Below are positions 15,160-30,245 of a stretch of DNA of 64,000 nucleotides, piece by piece. This stretch comes from Octopus vulgaris (lineage: Eukaryota), in contig OX597830.1 in the NCBI GenBank assembly GCA_951406725.2, positions 49,290,001 through 49,354,000 on the forward strand, in the 5' to 3' direction. The first letter of the stretch is position 1. Each line of letters opens with the position of its first letter. Position numbers and translations under genes: made by a program. A model generated the notes under the pieces. The model did no database searches and was not told the origin of the DNA. It worked only from the letters and a program-made list of their open reading frames with translations.

Positions 15160-15515
15160 GATATTTAGCAAAATGTGGAACCTGAAGACTAAAGCAATAC
15201 CTGTTGTCATAAGTGCCCTGGGAATGATAGCCAAAGGGGATGATTGCTACCTAGCTCAGATAACAGGAAACCCCCAAAACAGCAGAAATTGAAAAGATAG
15301 TGCTCATGGGAACTACCCATATTCCACGCAACATACTTTCTATGTAAACTCAAGGTTTAAAACAAACATAATTTTCTTATGTTTTCTTAAACATTCTCAA
15401 GAACAATACTATGTACAAAACCAAATATATGGCACCCAGGGCATAACACCAACATGAACTTCCAACTTGTACGAATGCAAAGCAAAAGTCAAACATAGAA
15501 TAATAATAATAATAA
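15160..15515 (+). mobile_element. R4/Dong-type non-LTR retrotransposon 3' end
   Basis: Translates to KMWNLKTKAIPVVISALGMI...EIEKIVLMGTTHI.R.ILSM*, followed by a 3' UTR ending in (TAA)n. Duplicate at 16653-17010. Confidence 0.8.
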
Positions 15516-15535
15516 TGAGCCACACACACACACAC

Positions 15536-15605
<70 letters not shown>

Positions 15606-15606
15606 A

Positions 15607-15663
<57 letters not shown>

Positions 15664-15701
15664 TATATATATATGTATATATATAACACATATATATATA
15701 T

Positions 15702-16103
15702 ATCGTAACATATAACAATCAACTGTGGCGTTCTGTACAGGACAGTGCTAGTGATGTTTATAGCCCCAGGAGGGCATCTCTTCCAGCTGGCTGACGATAC
15801 ACATTCTGTATACGATTAAGATTTGCGAGGACAGGTCAACGCTCTCATCTTTAGCCTTACGGGATACACACGGACTCGAGTTTCTGGGTGGTTACCCGTC
15901 CTCAGCGTGTGCTAATCACACGCTAGTGATGGAAACTCAAGTCCGTGTGCATCACGTGAGGCTAGAGTTGGGAGAGATAACCTCCCCTCGCAAATACTAA
16001 TCCGACACAGAACCTGTGTTGTTAGCCAGCTGGAGGAGATGTCTTCCTGGGGCTATCAACGTCAGTAGGACGCCACACTTGGTTGGCAATTATATGTTAC
16101 GAT
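15702..16103. mobile_element. Foldback HHR element, copy 2
   Basis: Essentially identical to 14191-14591; minus-strand HHR at 15867-15911. Confidence 0.8.
15867..15911 (-). ncRNA. Type I hammerhead ribozyme (duplicate)
   Basis: Identical to 14356-14400. Confidence 0.85.
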
Positions 16104-16507
16104 TCCGTACCGCTACTGTTTATCTCTCGGTCAGAGATTTAAGATAGCTCTCTCTCTATATATATAATAGTGAGTTTCGAGGGATATTTTATCCGGACGG
16201 GTATCAGCTCTCAGTTAAGTTCCAGTTAAGGGCTAACCACAACGATCAGTATTTAACGTCTGTGACTTCAATTTCTTGTTAATCATTCCGTGAATTCTTC
16301 CGATGGGTAATTCCGCGTACGCTTCGCTGGATGTTAAAAATTGTTTGCAATATGTATTATCGTTATTAATAATAAAGGGTATGGAGCATTGTACATCCAC
16401 GAAATTTATTTCATGGTTAAAATGCAGTGGAAACACGTGTAGATCATTATAATATGCTATACATAACTATATACAACATGTGGTTATACAAGTCTCCATG
16501 CTATTTA

Positions 16508-16649
<142 letters not shown>

Positions 16650-17036
16650 AACAGATATTTAGCAAAATGTGGAACCTGAAGACTAAAGCAATACCTGTTG
16701 TCATAAGTGCCCTGGGAATGATAGCAAAAGGGGATGATTGCTACCTAGCTCAGATAACAGGAAACCCCCAAAACAGCAGAAATTGAAAAGATAGTGCTCA
16801 TGGGAACTACCCATATTCCACGCAACATACTTTCTATGTAAACTCAAGGTTTAAAACAAACATAATTTTCTTATGTTTTCTTAAACATTCTCAAGAACAA
16901 TACTATGTACAAAACCAAATATATGGCACCCAGGGCATAACACCAACATGAACTTCCAACTTGTACGAATGCAAAGCAAAAGTCAAACATAGAATAATAA
17001 TAATAATAATGAGCCACAAACACACACATATGTATG

Positions 17037-17075
<39 letters not shown>

Positions 17076-17111
17076 ATTTAGCAATGGTCATTTTGCTAGT
17101 TTAACCAATGC

Positions 17112-17195
<84 letters not shown>

Positions 17196-17198
17196 ATA

Positions 17199-18053
17199 TA
17201 CTAAAATTATATAGACGACGCACAATAATTATCAAATGGGTATTACGACGAGGTCCATTTGGAAATGGGAGATAATCTCAACATTTATGTTTTACTGACA
17301 CACACACAAGCACATATTAAGTAAGTATGTATGCATGTATGTATGTATGTATGTATGTATGTATGTATGTATGCATGTATGTATGTATGCACGTATGTAT
17401 GTATCTACATGCGTGTGCTTAGGTGTATATGTGTGTGTCTGTATACGTGTGTATATGTGTGTATATATTGTATATGGCATACAATATTAGTCCCGGGAAG
17501 AATAGTATATGTAGGTCAGTCAGTATACATCGTTATACTAGCATTAGATATATATCTATATTTCTGTATGCATACAGACAACACACACACACATTTGGAA
17601 CACACATGTTCAGTTAATCATGCATTCAAAACACGATTATGTTCTATCGTCATTTCTTTAGTTGTGTGTGTTTACGTTCCTTTCTTTTTTAAATTTTATT
17701 TCTTGAAGAGTTCTTTACAGTGTGTTTGAAACAATAAAGATTCCCGATCCATTGATGGAAATAGACAGAAAATCTTTATTGTTTCAAACAATCTCTAAAG
17801 ATATCAAAGAGAAGTATGAGGTGATAGACTAAAAAGAAAATATGTAAAAAAAACTGTCGAGTTTCCGATATATACATACATACATACATACACACACACA
17901 TATATATATATATATACATACATATATATATATATATATATATCTTTACACATATGTATATATGTATATATATAAACATATGTATGCATACACACAAATG
18001 CACCATATATAGTATATATATACCTCTATCTATTTATCATCTCTATCGCTATA

Positions 18054-18107
<54 letters not shown>

Positions 18108-19227
18108 GACGTACATATGTAAGTGCATATGAATATACACATATGTACATACATAAGTAAAGGGTAGTATATATAAACGACCCAGTATATATATGTTTCG
18201 AAATATTGCTGGTCAGCAATAACCAGAGTTATACGGATGCATAAACCTCTATTCTACGAAACATTGAGAAAACTCTCACGTAAATACTGCAACTTCCTTA
18301 AATCGAAGCATCCCGTAGCTACAGAATATCTTTCTTTTCAATGTAGTTTACGAAAGCCCTTCACAAACCATGCAAACATCCATGATCAATCCGTTTTGCT
18401 TCTATTTTTATTTATATATTACCGATGGTTACTTATAGTCCTGATGCAATTCTTTCTTAGTTTATTAACTAGAAATGGAAGTTTGGATTTTCTATCCAGT
18501 AATGATCCAGTAATGTTACTAAAATTATATAGACGACGCACAATAATTATCAAATGGGTATTACGACGAGGTCCATTTGGAAATGGGAGATAATCTCAAC
18601 ATTTATGTTTTACTGACACACACACAAGCACATATTAAGTAAGTATGTATGCATGTATGTATGTATGTATGTATGTATGTATGTATGTATGTATGTATGC
18701 ATGTATGTATGTATGCACGTATGTATGTATCTACATGCGTGTGCTTAGGTGTATATGTGTGTGTCTGTATACGTGTGTATATGCTGTGTATATATTGTAT
18801 ATGGCATACAATATTAGTCCCGGGAAGAATAGTATATGTAGGTCAGTCAGTATACATCGTTATACTAGCATTAGATATATATCTATATTTCTGTATGCAT
18901 ACAGACAACACACACACACATTTGGAACACACATGTTCAGTTAATCATGCATTCAAAACACGATTATGTTCTATCGTCATTTCTTTAGTTGTGTGTGTTT
19001 ACGTTCCTTTCTTTTTTAAATTTTATTTCTTGAAGAGTTCTTTACAGTGTGTTTGGAACAATAAAGATTCCCGATCCATTGATGGAAATAGACAGAAAAT
19101 CTTTATTGTTTCAAACAATCTCTAAAGATATCAAAGAGAAGTATGAGGTGATAGACTAAAAAGAAAATATGTAAAAAAAACTGTCGAGTTTCCGATATAT
19201 ACATACATACATACATACACACACACA

Positions 19228-19270
<43 letters not shown>

Positions 19271-19380
19271 CTTTACACATATGTATATATGTATATATAT
19301 AAACATATGTATGCATACACACAAATGCACCATATATAGTACATATATACCTCTATCTATTTATCATCTCTATCGCTATA

Positions 19381-19434
<54 letters not shown>

Positions 19435-19847
19435 GACGTACATATGTAAGTGCATATGAATATACACATATGTACATACATAAGTAAAGGGTAGTATATA
19501 TAAACGACCCAGTATATATATGTTTCGAAATATTGCTGGTCAGCAATAACCAGAGTTATACGGATGCATAAACCTCTATTCTACGAAACATTGAGAAAAC
19601 TCTCACGTAAATACTGCAACTTCCTTAAATCGAAGCATCCCGTAGCTACAGAATATCTTTCTTTTCAATGTAGTTTACGAAAGCCCTTCACAAACCATGC
19701 AAACATCCATGATCAATCCGTTTTGCTTCTATTTTTATTTATATATTACCGATGGTTACTTATAGTCCTGATGCAATTCTTTCTTAGTTTATTAACTAGA
19801 AATGGAAGTTTGGATTTTCTATCCAGTAATGATCCAGTAATGTTACT
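17199..19847. repeat. Tandem duplication, ~1.32-kb unit x2
   Basis: 17199-18520 repeats at 18517-19847, with a 4-bp TACT microhomology at the junction. Confidence 0.95.
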
Positions 19848-20067
19848 TTTCACACTGATACTAGTCATGGTTCCAGCTGCTGCTCTTGTCATAGTTTAGC
19901 ACAGGACACTAAGTGTGGATCGTGACAACATTTGATCGAAGAGATTTCAGCTGTCTCCCTCTCGTCCTTTCGTTTTCAGTTATAGTTTTTCTAGGATGTG
20001 ATTTGAGGAAGATTCGGCTACTATCTCTAACAGAACGGGCAACTGCATACATGCTTTATATTTTGCG

Positions 20068-20403
20068 GAGACCCCCTTCCGTCACGAATGGCCATGGGAT
20101 TGCACCTAGAAGGTTACCCACCCTGGAACAAGTTCGGGCAAATTTGTTTATGGAAGACCAGCAGTCACCCATGCATACCAGCCTCCCCTCTCCACACCGC
20201 AGATGTTATGCAAGGGAAAGGCAAAGGCCGATACATCTTGGCACCAGCGACATCGCAACTCATTTCTACAGCTGAATAAACTGGAGCAACGTGAAATAAA
20301 GTGTATTGCACAAGAACACAACACGCAGCCCGGTCCGGAATTCGAACTCACAACCTCACAGTCGTAAGCTCAACGCTCAAACTACTGAGCCATGCACCTT
20401 CAC
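20068..20403 (-). mobile_element. tRNA-headed SINE family C (head/core shared with 47930 copy, tail X)
   Basis: Minus strand has A box tggctcagtag and B box gagttcgaattcc, then gttgtgttcttgtgcaatacactttatttcacgttgctccag. Confidence 0.85.
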
Positions 20404-20420
20404 TACATGATATATAGATT

Positions 20421-20656
20421 AAGGCGGCGAGCTGGCAGAAACGTTAGCACGCCGGGCGAAATGCGTAGCCGTATTTCGTCTGCCGTTACGTTCAGAGTTC
20501 AAATCACGCCGAGGTCGACTTTGCCTTTCATCCTTTCGGGGTCGATAAATTAAGTACCAGTTAAGCACTGGGGTCGATGTAATCGACTTAATCCGTTTGT
20601 CTGTCCTTGTTTGTCCCCTCTATGTTTAGCCTCTTTTGGGTAATAAAGAAACAGAT
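20421..20656 (+). mobile_element. tRNA-headed SINE family A (Meta-domain-like), full length
   Basis: aaggcggcgagctggcagaa...gagttcaaatc (B box), then gcctttcatcctttcggggtcgataaa..aagtaccag. At least 6 copies occur in the window. Confidence 0.9.
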
Positions 20657-21972
20657 ATATAGATATAATATATTACTGGTATCTTAGAATATTGATAATA
20701 TCTCATTGATATTTCAAGGATGTAAAGGAAAGTGAAGCAGATAAGAGATTTAAAATTAGAATGAAAAACAAACGAAACTAAATAGATGCAGTCAGGAAAT
20801 ACGCTTGGGAGGAAAGAAAATGAAAGAAAATTGTGCGTTAGTGTTCGATCCACCTGCATATAAGATGGGTAAGTTTCATTGTCTAAAGCCTCGAATGACC
20901 AAACCCTTATGAATGGAATTTTGTAAATGGTAACTGTGGAAGCTGGTCAGATAGACAGTTACCATTCCTTGGTGGTAGACGTAAGCCGACTCGTAGTTTA
21001 GCGTCACCTGTTGACTCTTGGATGTGTGTAGCCAAGTTCATTCTTTTGCAAGTACTTGGACCGAGCTTGTGGTGAGAGGATGAATTCCTCTCTCTACTTC
21101 CAGTCTTTGATGTCTTGAAAACGGTTCATGGGTGCCGATTTGTGCCTCCTCTGACAGAGTCTCTAAAAGAAGGGTTGGTTGTGTGTTCGACCATTTCCGA
21201 TAACACAATACAGTATAATGATTTCGAAGGAGATAAAAATAAAAATGCTAGGGTTCGAACTCCAGAACTAGTTTCAAGAAACCCAATGCTGTCACGCGTT
21301 CGTTACATCCGACACTTATCGTGCTACACGAAAATTAGAGTAAACATCTGGTAAACAACAAAAGCAAAAGCAAAAAGCAATCAAACAAGATCAAAGATTA
21401 CAACTAAAGGTAAGATGCACTAAAAACGCAACAGAGCGTCTTGTTGTTGTGGCTGTTTAGCCCGGGGTTAATTGTGATTGAGCGGACCTATTAACGAAGT
21501 TGATCGATTTAGAGATAAGCTTGGCGTATTTTCAATCATAGTGTACTCACTCAGACCACATTATCTATTATATCTGTCCATTTCTTTCATGGTATTGTGC
21601 GAGGGAGTGGAGAATTAGTTGCTAGTTAGCACCACCATTGCCAGCCAGCCCCAACTGGAATGATGCCTGAGTATAGTAAACACGTGAACAATTGGAGAAA
21701 GTTTTTTTTTATGTGTTTTACAAGGATAGTAGACATGGGATATATAGAAACGAAGAAGGAATGGCATCGGTAAATCCATGTTAAAGAACATAATACTTGG
21801 CTCAAATAGGAACAATCCTGGCACGTTGACGCGTCAGTAAAGAATAACAACTGAAACGGAGAGAATAATTTTAAAAAAACGGGAAATAATATATGAAAGG
21901 AAGAGAAAAATTAAATTCAGTTCACAAACGTGTTGTGCGCAGATATAAGTATATACATAGAAAAATACAAAC

Positions 21973-22016
<44 letters not shown>

Positions 22017-22104
22017 ACATATATATACATATATATATATGCATGCACAAATACATATATACACATACCTACCTACCTACCTATTTATCTATCTACACAC
22101 ACAC

Positions 22105-22151
<47 letters not shown>

Positions 22152-25100
22152 CACGAATGTATATATGATACTTCCTGCTTGTATGTGTAAAATATAGATT
22201 CAATAAGTATAAGGTCGTTGTGGAACGTGTAGGATAATTCCATAATATCGATTATGGTTCGTTAATTGGATTACCGTGACGTGGTACCATGATGGAGTGA
22301 GATGGGCAGTAATCCGGCATCCTTTCTTTAGAAACAACCACCATCATATCTATGCCTGTTTGTGTGTGCAGGCGTGGGAGAAAAATGTTGCTCGAAGCTT
22401 CATTTGAATAGTTTTCGTTTTCCTGTAGATATTTCCTACTTATCTTAACACTTTAGAGAAAAATAACATGTTCAAGAGTGCAAATACCCAACCTATATGT
22501 CCATCCAAACAAACACACGCCCTCACCCGCGCAAGCATACAGATATATATATATTTACACAAATGTTTCATACATGCATAGACGCAAAATATTTCACACA
22601 CACACAAATGATTACGTGCACATTATGTGCTTGAGTTTATGCGTATGCGTATTTAAGAAATATTAGATATCAATACTGAAATGATGAAAGATGAATCTAT
22701 GTAAAAGCGGAGAAGAAAAAGAAGATAAAGAAAATGAAGGAGAAGGAGGAGAAGAAGGAGGATGACAAGAAGGGACGTGAAAAGAGGAAAGAAAGAAAAA
22801 GTACGAAAAATCATCGATTTATTATCTTCAAATAAAACAGATCAATGCAAAGCCCTATTGTAATGCTATGGCATCGTAGAATATTTCGATTTAAAGAATA
22901 TTTTAAATGATGGATTCCAAACACGCCAAACATTTATTTTCCACACCCCGTTATCACATTGTTGAAGAAATATTTTAGTCGTTATTCTAAAAACTAATAT
23001 TTAAAAAATATAGAAAAATATTTAAAAAAAAAGCATTTCTCACCACCATATATAGTGTTCAACAGATATTTTCAGAACGTTTGAAGATATAATTCTTTAA
23101 TGAGCAGTACGAAATACAAATACAGCCATTATTTTACGTATGTTAATTACTGTAAATTGCAACGTACAATATTAGAATATCGGCCATGTTTTTATTGTCT
23201 CATGTTTAGCAGTTGATTTTTTTATTCCCTCCTCACAGTATTATTTTTGGCAACATTAATAATTTGTATAATTTGGTTCAAAGAAACATATACATTTTCC
23301 TTTAGATTTAATAAAAATAAACGTACATAGCTATACACAGTTATGTGTGTATAAATATATGCGTGGATATACACACATATAGAGAACATGCTCGCACACA
23401 AACTCATACATTCACACATATAGTGAGAGCGATGCATCCATGTATATATACTTATCTGCATACATATACATATGTATGTATGTGTGTGTGTACATATATG
23501 CATGTATGTGTGTAAGTATATTTATACTCTTTAAATGATACTATGAAATGTATTGTAAAGAAACATATAGAATAATTTAAAAAAAATATTTATGCCATTT
23601 CCAAACGAACATCATCTAAAAATATTAATGGATTGAAAAATATGAAATGGTGCAACCGCGATTGCTATCTTCAATATATTTAGAAATAAACAACAATATT
23701 GAGAAAAAAGCACTTCGTTAAACTAAATCTTATTTAATAATGAAGACATTAATGATGCTAATAAATTATCTTTTGCTTGCAGCCCTATAATGATAAGGTG
23801 TTAATTACGAAAGAACAATAGATTAGATAGGAGTTGTGTATCCGGTAGGGATACATCATCAACATTGGCTGCATTAATGGCAAAGAAAATAGCAGTTTAT
23901 TCACTGCGTTATCTGGTTTTCATCAGACATTGTTTATTACTTTCTGTGGCTATAACCGATGATATATCACCAACTTTAAATGATATCGTGATAGCAGCAG
24001 CATGTTTAGTGAAGAGGAAATAAAATAGCAATGATGATGATAATTTTAATAATATTTTTCATTTTTGTCGAATTTTTCAAATTGTGAAGTTAATATACAG
24101 ACAACTGTATGTATGTATGTATGTATGTATGTATGTATGTATGTATGTATGTATGTATGTATGTATGTATGTATGTATGTATGTATGTATGTATGTATTT
24201 ATGCATGTATACACGAATGTATGTATGAATGTATGCATGCATGCATGAATGTATGTACGTATGCATGTATGTATGTATATATGTATGTATGTAGGAATGT
24301 ATCCACGTATGCATGCATATATGTTTGTGTGTGTATGTATGTATGTATGTATGTATGCATGCATGTATGTATGTATGCATGAATGTATGTTTGCATTTAT
24401 GTATGTATGTACATGAATACATACAGTTGTCAGTAGATTACCATTACAAATTGAAATATACATACATATATACAACATATATATGGTTTTTAACTTCTTA
24501 AACAGTAACAGTATGGCAATAGGTGTCCTAATTCAAAAGCTGAGAAGCATATGTCACATCGCTATGAAATCAATTCCAAAGAGGTTATGATCTTTGCTAC
24601 CATTATCCTCTACAGAAGTGCAAATATGACATCATGGCTGTCAGTAGTTGCTGTGGAGAATTGTGTACTGTCGGCCGTGAGTGACATCTAGGTTCAACGA
24701 TACATCAGTGAAACTGAACGACTGCATTCATTTAAACTGAAGTAGGACGAATGAGTTATATGTATTACACCCACACGAAGCATTTAACATTAATCATAAA
24801 GAAGAGAATGGAATTTCGACAAAGATTTTTCACAATCCTTCTAGACTGAGTAGAATGAACGTTTCGTTTGACAAATTCTTGAACTCATTTCGGTATCCGT
24901 TTCATCATGTTCTTTCTGATTCCACCTTCCACTTCTAATAGATCTACCATGGAAGACATTTCGCTCATTTTAAACCATACACACAAGTAGGAAAGTTTAG
25001 ATATCATGTAATCTACACTTGTGGAATTTGTATAAACCATTGGCTTCATTCACTTCTATGTTGTCAAATGTGTGCCATCCGTGACCATCACACGTTATTT

Positions 25101-25589
25101 TCACATTATGTGTGTTACATTTACTCAAATGTTCAAAATACTTTTTTATTTATTTTTCAAACTCGGTGGTAAGTGATTTGTGGGAGTTTCAGTGTTATTT
25201 CTAGCTTATTGATCGACAGCGCACAGACTCCATCACTAGCTCTCTGTCTGTCTGCCTGTCTGTCTCTCTTTCTGTATGTCTGTCTGTCTGTCTCTCACTC
25301 ACTCTTTCTGCCTCAGTTTTCCGCTATGTACCATGTAAATATTTGTTTACTATTAGGTCAATAGAAGTTAGTGTTTAACACTCGGTCTGGAAAGGTGCAC
25401 ACAAGAAAATATTTTCTATTGCGTCCAGTCTTGTTTAAGATTGCAAAATATATAAATTAAAAGAAAGTGTTTGCTATTTCTTGCAAAAAGTGTGACCGAA
25501 TAAAAGTACGTTTTTGGTTCTTGGCAATGATAAAAAAAAATTACTCTCTTTCTCTCTCTCTCTCTCACACTCACACATATATACATATG

Positions 25590-25627
25590 GTGTATGTAAT
25601 ATGTACGCACTATGCATTCTTACACGC

Positions 25628-25678
<51 letters not shown>

Positions 25679-25807
25679 TACATAAACAGACATGTAAAGG
25701 TACACAGATGCGTGTATGTAATATGTACGTACTATGCATTCTTACACGCATATATATATATATATATATGTACATACATAAACAGACATGTAAAGGTACA
25801 CAGATGT
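25590..25807. repeat. Short tandem duplication (~100-120 bp) containing (TA)n
   Basis: gtgtatgtaatatgtacg.actatgcattcttacacgca-(TA)n-gtacatacataaacagacatgtaaaggtacacagatg occurs twice. Confidence 0.9.
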
Positions 25808-26559
25808 TCAGCGCAGCGTTTCAACGATAAATAGTTCTATAAAGAGCTTGTCACCAGAAATGATATTAAGCAGCCAGTTTAAATTAGCAACTTCCAACAA
25901 AGGCTGCTGCCGTTTGTGTGCCAGGAACAGCGCAGCTTTTCAGCGTTGGTCACGCCATAAACGATTTCTTTTCATACATTTATTTGATTGATAATTAGAA
26001 AACTGCCATGGCAAATATTCAAAGTGTAAATGATGTTGATTTTGTACTGCACTATTAGCTTTAACATCGGTTTCATAATCAAGCAGTGACAGTAGAGGAT
26101 TTGGAATTATCACTCCGATATATATATATATAATTAGGGAAGGTATTGATGGATAAAAGTGAAAAACGGACAGGTATGTCATTCATTATATCATTGCTGT
26201 GAATTTAGTGGAATCTCTAGTTAGCTGTCTAGTAAGACAGGAATCTGGAGGCGGATATCTTTGAGCGTTGAGTTTGGAGTGGGTTATAATAGCAACCAAA
26301 AACTAGTGGACACACAGTAGTCGTAGCCAGAATAAGGATTAGTTACAATAAGACGATGACTCATTGAAAAGCTTAAACTCAATATTACGAGCGGCCCAAG
26401 CATTCATTAAGTTTCCAGTTTTGTGTTTGTTGCTGGTTTTATTCATGGTGCATAGAGAACATTTGCTAGAATGAAGAGGAACAAAATTCACTGCTTAACA
26501 TTCACTATTGAGCATTTTTTTACTGTTTGTTTGGATTATTAAACATTCAACCACGAAAA

Positions 26560-27100
26560 ACTTCACATTTAATAAATTAAATCTCGGTGTTTAAAAAGTG
26601 AAACAGGCCTCTTGCAGTTAACTATCGCCCAGTCTCACCCTCTTGCAGATCATCAATGTGTTTGAAAGCGTGGTGAGATCACGGATAACTGGCTTCTCAG
26701 AGAGTCACAACCAAACTGAGTTCTAGTCTGGCCTACATGTTGTATGCCAATGGGCGGACAAAAAATATTGCGGTTAAATGGTGAGAAAATCATGCACTTT
26801 GGAAAAAAGACTACACTCAAACAATCATATTCTCTTTCTCAGAGGAACTACTCACAGAGTCCAACAATATGAAGGACTTAGGAGGGATTGCTGGCAACAA
26901 CCTCAGCTGGAGTGCCCATATAAACATTAAAGTCGACAAGTTACCAGAAGTTAGTTGTTTTCTAAGAACAGTTTTTATATTACAGTTCTAATATCGGGGT
27001 GCTAAAGAGTCATTTAGTTCCTATTCTTTCTAGAGAGAACCGAAAAGAGCAGTCTTCCAGGGTAGTAATATTCTGTCGACTCAGGAGTCATCGGTTCGTA
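26560..27100 (+). mobile_element. Decayed CR1-type LINE RT 3' remnant
   Basis: Translates to WADK...LN..KIMHFG and MKDLGGI.GNNLSWSAHINIKV.K. Confidence 0.6.
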
Positions 27101-29284
27101 TCACAGAAATGTCGCTTCTAGAGAGACTAGCCCTTGAATAACCGTCCCAGTTTACTATTGGCGTTTATGTATTAAATAAATGATAACTAATAATCATCTT
27201 TGCGCTCATAACAGGTAAGGGCTTGCTTTGACTTACGTTGGTATAAAGAGTCGTTTGGAATATAGACAGAATCAGCGGTGGTGCCCCAGCATGGCCGCGG
27301 CCTTCGGGCTAAAACATTTTAAAGGATTTTAAGGATTTAAGAATAATCAAATTCAATCTATATGACGTCTTATAAAAGCATAGAATGGTTTCATGAGGTG
27401 TTGTATATGACAGTGTTGTGGCTAGGCTGCTACAACCTTTGATGCTTAAGTAAATGTCAGTTTAGGCATCACACGATTATAACTAATTTCGCTAGCTTTC
27501 CAGTTATTCTTCTCTTTCGTTGGTCTTAGACAACCTACCTTGCATCAACTATCGGTAGAAATAGTTCCGGACAACTAGATATTATTCATAAGGAAGGGTG
27601 TAATTTTAATTTAATTCACAAGTGCTTCAATATTTTAGACACCTAAAAGATGGTTCGTTAATCTTTAATCTAAGTGTTGCAGCAGAATTCAATGCACATG
27701 ATTTCAGGCAAGATCTATTGAATCAATTTCTCTCACGCACATATTCTTCTATTTAAAAAAAAATATTTTATAGATTTCAGTCATTGAACAACGTTCACGC
27801 TAGAATAATGCCTTCAAGGCGTTTAATCAATTACATCGTCACTAATAATTATTCAAGTCTACACAACACCTACATAATACCGGCACACATGTAGGATGAG
27901 GTCTTGCAGCTTTCTTCTACAAAAATCTACTTCGAAAGTTTTAGCCAAGCCATTTGCCCAAAGAACCACCAATGAGATCTAAGCCATCATGTATGTTTGC
28001 AGAGCGGTCTTCTTAACCATACAGCTGTCTTTACTTAAATAGTCAGTATATCTCAAGAAAGAATACTCTCCTATCTTAAAATGTTATATTTTCCAAGTAA
28101 CTTACTGTTTTACATCAGTTCAGTTTTAGCTTTGTAACTTGGATAGGAACTGAATTACCTGTGAACCTGGGGTAATGAATGAATAATTAATTTCTTGTCG
28201 CAGTTTAAAATCTTTACTTGTATGACTGAACCTGGTGCGATTTCGCTTTTTTGAATTCTTACTTGATATTTGGGGCGGTATGCAACAATTAGCTTACTTG
28301 TATAATCTTCAGTAAAAATACCCTCAAGTCTTTTACGCAGGTGGAGAATAAATAACTTGTTACGTTTTAGAAATTCTAGAAAGAAGTGTAATGTTTAATG
28401 AATCAGTCGATAGATTTTGGCCTCTGGTTTATAACAGAATCCTTTCGAATTCGTGATTAGTGTTTGATTTGATGTTCACTTGAAATGTGTTTTACTGAGT
28501 GAGTTTACTCCTTTAGATTACATACGAGCAGTGCCTACCATTCCTTTTCCTCAATATAAATTCAAGGAAATAAATCATTTCCATTAAGACCTACTTTTGT
28601 TTTATTTAATGTAACAAGAATATTTTTCTGAGCGTTGAATAACCCTCTCTCTCATCATCACTATCTGTTTAGTGGTTCAGTCTTTATATACTTATTGCGG
28701 CGCTGTATTCAGCTAACAAAGACTACAGTTGCGAAATTGAAAATGGGATTTTGAATTTTTAGATTTGTTTAAACAATGTGTATCATGATCTGAAGCCGAT
28801 GTGTGTTAATGCGAACATATGGCTTGTGAGGAGTCACACTTAAATGCCAACAATAAAATAGCACAAAATAGCATTACTCTTTGTGTATTTAGGCAGAGAT
28901 AAAAAACGTAAAAGGAAAAGATAAAAAGAGTGAGAGGCATATTTATTTTGAAGACCCCAAAAAATTCACCTGAAGTAATGTAAGCTAACTTCAATATTTG
29001 TATCTATTGAAGCGTCAAAAACACACAGGACTCTCTTCTTCTCCCTCTCTCATCCTCTCACTCTCCCCTCTCTCTCCCTCCTCTCTCTCCTTCTATCTGT
29101 CGTTCTGTCTCTCTCTCGAAAAAACTATTCTGAAACTGTGGTGCTCCTAGCATTTTGTAACAAATTTCATTCAAAAATATTTGAACACCCGTGCTTCAAT
29201 CGAGAACTATCACATGGTTGGTGGTATAAACAATTGATCCCCAGTAACAACTGAAAACGCTCATAAATACAGAGCATGTAATAT

Positions 29285-29347
29285 GATGCAACCTATGTAT
29301 AGCATAGTAAAACATAGATGCAACCTATGTATAGCATAGTAAAACAT
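29285..29347. repeat. ~32-bp tandem duplication
   Basis: gatgcaacctatgtatagcatagtaaaacat occurs twice. Confidence 0.9.
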
Positions 29348-29599
29348 GGCTGACAGATAAATACTTCGCTCATAGCGCGGAACATTTCTTAAACGGTCAT
29401 AAATCCCATCTCATAAGCTTTACGAAACACGAAAACAGGCTATCATAATATACATTTTATACTTTTTTGTCATGATACTTGTTTCTCATGACTCTAAGAG
29501 AAGCATAACTCGCATGTACTGGTCCTGAAGACTACAAACGCGTACCCAGCATTTTATCCCTTGTAGCTTTTCAGTTATACAATTATAACTACAAAAAAA

Positions 29600-30245
29600 A
29601 AAAAAATCACGCCATACAAAGGAGCAGGGAAGATCTTCAAGGCTATCAGCAACCATATGAACAGAATAAATTTTTAAAAAAAGTAAAGAAACTAGGCAAA
29701 ACAAACGCATAGTATGATAGCAATAAGTACCAGAATATTACGTACGTCGATGCAGTTCCCAGATGCAAACTAACTGATAGAATTTAAAAGTTCCTCGTGA
29801 GATGAATGAAACTTAGAATTAGAGTAGTAGAAAAACCAGGCACATCTTTCAAATCACTTATCAGTAGACACACCATTTCAGGAAAAAATTCTGCTAGCAA
29901 GTGTATGGTTTGTAATATGAAAAAAAATTCTGATAACAAGTGTATAGTTTGTAAAACAAATCCACATACGACCTACAAAACTATGGGCGTAGTTTATCAA
30001 CTAAGGTGTATGAAGAGACAATGGAGAAATACTATATTAGGGAAATGGCTCGAAGTATAGAAGAAAAATCAAAGGTACACTGAAATAATTTAGAAAAAAC
30101 AGAAACATCGGTACCATATAAACATACTAAAGTAAATGATGGCGGGCTGGTAGGGAACATTGGAATAGTAATTCTCCCGATACACAAGCGTTAAGAAGAA
30201 TAAAAGCTAAATATATCAAAGAAAATATGAGCAGAACAGTTTCCG
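29600..30245 (+). pseudogene. Penelope-like element linker/GIY-YIG endonuclease remnant
   Basis: Translates to LRIRVVEKPGTS.KSL, C..C, GVVYQLRC...YYIRE.ARS.EEK..H, resembling the PLE VVY.I.C..C...YIGET.R motif; frameshifted. Confidence 0.55.

Noticed and set aside
20330-20403. tRNA-like sequences here and at 36860-36929, 44933-45000 and 47930-48000
   Set aside because: They are SINE heads: they continue into repeated SINE bodies and lack a clean cloverleaf or terminator.
24616-24676. Possible 61-bp exon (ctctacag|...|gtgagt)
   Set aside because: It is an isolated splice-like pair with no partner exons or convincing homology and could be an old SINE remnant.
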